NCBI RefSeq assembly: GCF_001194135.2
Contig: NC_069007.1
Span: 20,614,534-20,649,427 of the forward strand
Length of the DNA: 34,894 bases
Direction of reading: 5' to 3'
Source of the DNA: Octopus bimaculoides
Taxonomy: Eukaryota
The notes under the pieces were generated by a model. It was not told the DNA's origin. It searched no databases and was given only the letters and a program-made list of their open reading frames with translations. A program made the position numbers and the translations under genes. This document shows, piece by piece, positions 32,401 through 34,894 of this stretch; within the stretch, counting starts at the first letter, position 1; every line of letters begins with the position of its first letter.

Positions 32401-34894
32401 TACGTGCGTATGTACGTAAATACGTGCGTACGTACTTAAATTAGTGCGTGCGTACGTAAATTAGTGCGTGCGTACGTACGTAAATANNNNNNNNNNGCTT
32501 ACGTACGTAAATACGTGCGTACGTACGTAAATTAGTGCGTGCGTACTTACGTAAATACGTACGTGCGTCCATGAAAACGTACTACGTAAATAGTACGTGC
32601 GTACGTACGTAAATAGTACGTGCGTACGTACGTAAATAGTACGTGCGTACGTACGTAAATACGTACGTGCGTACGTACGTAAATACGTACGTGCGTCCGT
32701 AAAAATGTAGGTACGTAAATAGTACGTGCTTACATACGTAAATACGTGCGTACGTACGTAAATTAGTGCGTGCGTACGTACGTAAATACGTACGTGCGTC
32801 CATGAAAACGTACGTACGTAAATAGTACGTGCGTACGTACGTAAATAGTACGTTCGTAGGTACGTAAATAGTACGTGCGTACGTACGTAAATAGTACGTG
32901 CGTACGTACGTAAATACTTACGTGCGTACGTACGTAAATATGTGCGTACGTACGTAAATACATGCGTACGTACGTAAATTTATGCGTGCGTACGTACGTA
33001 AATACGTACGTGCGTCCGTAAAAACGTAAGTAAATAGTACATGCGTACGTACATAAATAGTACGTATGTACGTACGTAAATACGTACGTAAATACTTACG
33101 TGCGTACGTACGTAAATACGTACGTGCGTTCGTAAGAACGTACGTACTTAAATAGTACGTGCGTACGTACGTAGATACGTGCGTACGTACGTACGTACGT
33201 AAATACGTGCGTACGTACGTACGTAAATACGTGCGTATGTACGTGAATTAGTGCATGCGTACGTACGTAAATTAGTGCGTGCGTACGTAAATTAGTGCGT
33301 GCGTACGTACGTAAATACGTACGTGCGTTCGTAAAAACGTACGTACTTAAGTAGTACGTGCGTACGTACGTGCGTACGTACGTACGTACGTACGTAAATA
33401 CGTGCGTACGTACGTACGTACGTAAATACGTGCGTACGTAAGTGAATTAGTGCGTACGTACGTAAATACGTACGTGCGTCCGTAAAAACGTTGGTACGTA
33501 AATAGTACGTGCGTACGTACGTAAATATGTGCGTACGTACGTAAATACATGCGTACGTNNNNNNNNNNCGTGCGTACGTACGTAAATATGTGCGTACGTA
33601 CGTAAATACATGCGTACGTACGTAAATTAATGCGTGCGTACGTACGTAAATACGTACGTGCGTCCGTAAAAACGTAAATAAATAGAACATGCGTACGTAC
33701 ATAAATATTACGTACGTACGTAAATACGTACGTAAATACTTACGTGCGTACGTACGTAAATACGTACGTGCGTTCGTAAAAACGTACGTACTTAAATAGT
33801 ACGTGCGTACGTACGTAGATACGTGCGTACGTACGTAAATACGAGCGTACGTACGTACGTAAATACGTGCGTACGTACGTGAATTAGTGCGTGCGTACGT
33901 ACGTAAATACGTACGTGCGTCCGTAAAAACGTAGGTACGTAAATAGTACGTGCTTACGTACGTAAATACGTGCGTACGTACGTAAATTAGTGCGTGCGTA
34001 CGTACGTAAATACGTGCGTACGTACGTGAATTAGTGCGTGCGTACGTACGTAAATACGTACGTGCGTCCGTAAAAACGTAGGTACGTAAATAGTACGTGC
34101 TTACGTACGTAAATACGTGCGTACGTACGTAAATTAGTGCGTGCGTACGTACGTAAATACTACGTGCGTCCGTAAAAACGTAAGTACGTAAATAGTACGT
34201 GCGTACGTTTATACGTACAGACGAACGTACGTAAGTAAATACGTACCTGCGTACGTACGTAAATATGTGCGTACGTACGTAAATACATGCGTAAGTACGT
34301 AAATTAGTGCGTGCGGACGTACGTAAATACGTACGTGCGTCCGTAAAAACGTACGTAAATAGAACGTGCGTACGTACATAAATAGTACGTACGTACGTAA
34401 ATACGTACGTGCGTACGTAAATACGTACGTGCGTACATACGTAAATACTTACGTGCGTACGTACGTAAATACGTGCGTACGTAAGTAAATTAGTGCGTGC
34501 GTACGTAAATTAGTGCGAGCGTACGTACGTAAATACGTACGTGCGTTCGTAAAGACGTACGTACTTAAATAGTACGTGCGTACGTACGTACGTACGTGCG
34601 TACATACGTACGTACGTAAATACGTGCGTACGTACGTGAATTAGTGCGTGCGTACATACGTAAATACGTACGTGCGTCCGTAAAAACGTTAGTACGTAAA
34701 TAGGACGTGCGAACGTACGTAAATACGTGCTTACGTACGTAAATATGTGCGTACGTACGTGAATTAGTGCGTGCGTACGTACGTAATGAGTCCATGAAAA
34801 CGTACGTACGTAAATAGTACGTGCGTACTTACGTAAATGGTACGTGCGTACGTACGTAAATACGTACGTGCGTACGTACGTAAATTAGTGCGTC
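23416..34894. repeat. Complex (TACG)n-based satellite, main block with internal inversions (runs off the window end)
   Basis: Same vocabulary as the left block. Polarity words GTAAATAC/GTGCGTAC versus their reverse complements GTATTTAC/GTACGCAC alternate in blocks. Four N-gaps inside. Confidence 0.95.
24381..24474. repeat. 20-bp tandem sub-repeat (GTACGTCCGTACGTGTATAC) x4.7 within the satellite
   Basis: Units start at 24381, 24401, 24421, 24441 and 24461 (partial); two single-base variants. Confidence 0.95.

Noticed and set aside
20875-34795. Dozens of long YVRT-repeat ORFs on both strands (up to 534 aa, 29428-31032)
   Set aside because: (TACG)3 translates as Y-V-R-T in every frame and on both strands, so long stop-free frames are automatic; no domain or splice context.

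Overview
Eukaryotic, repeat-dominated DNA from a fragmented short-read assembly (13 N-gaps, many abutting (TA)n tracts). The SINE families and microsatellite load are what I recognise from octopus (coleoid cephalopod) genomes; this taxon call is an inference. No host protein-coding gene can be supported: nearly all supplied ORFs are translations of simple repeats. Bases 1-20.9k look intronic/intergenic. They hold compound microsatellites, about a dozen tRNA-derived SINE copies or fragments (two full-length with perfect TSDs), the 3' end of a CR1/L2-group LINE, a decayed RLE-type LINE, a mariner deletion derivative, and a few candidate splice and promoter signals. Bases 20.9k-34.9k are a ~14 kb CpG-rich complex satellite built on the self-complementary tetramer (TACG)n. 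It flips orientation four times, has fold-back junctions, becomes more homogeneous rightwards, and carries a 1068-bp solo LTR (TG...CA, 4-bp TSD). The strongest observations are the architecture of this satellite and a SINE/LINE pair sharing a 3' tail with a compensatory base-pair change in its stem-loop.
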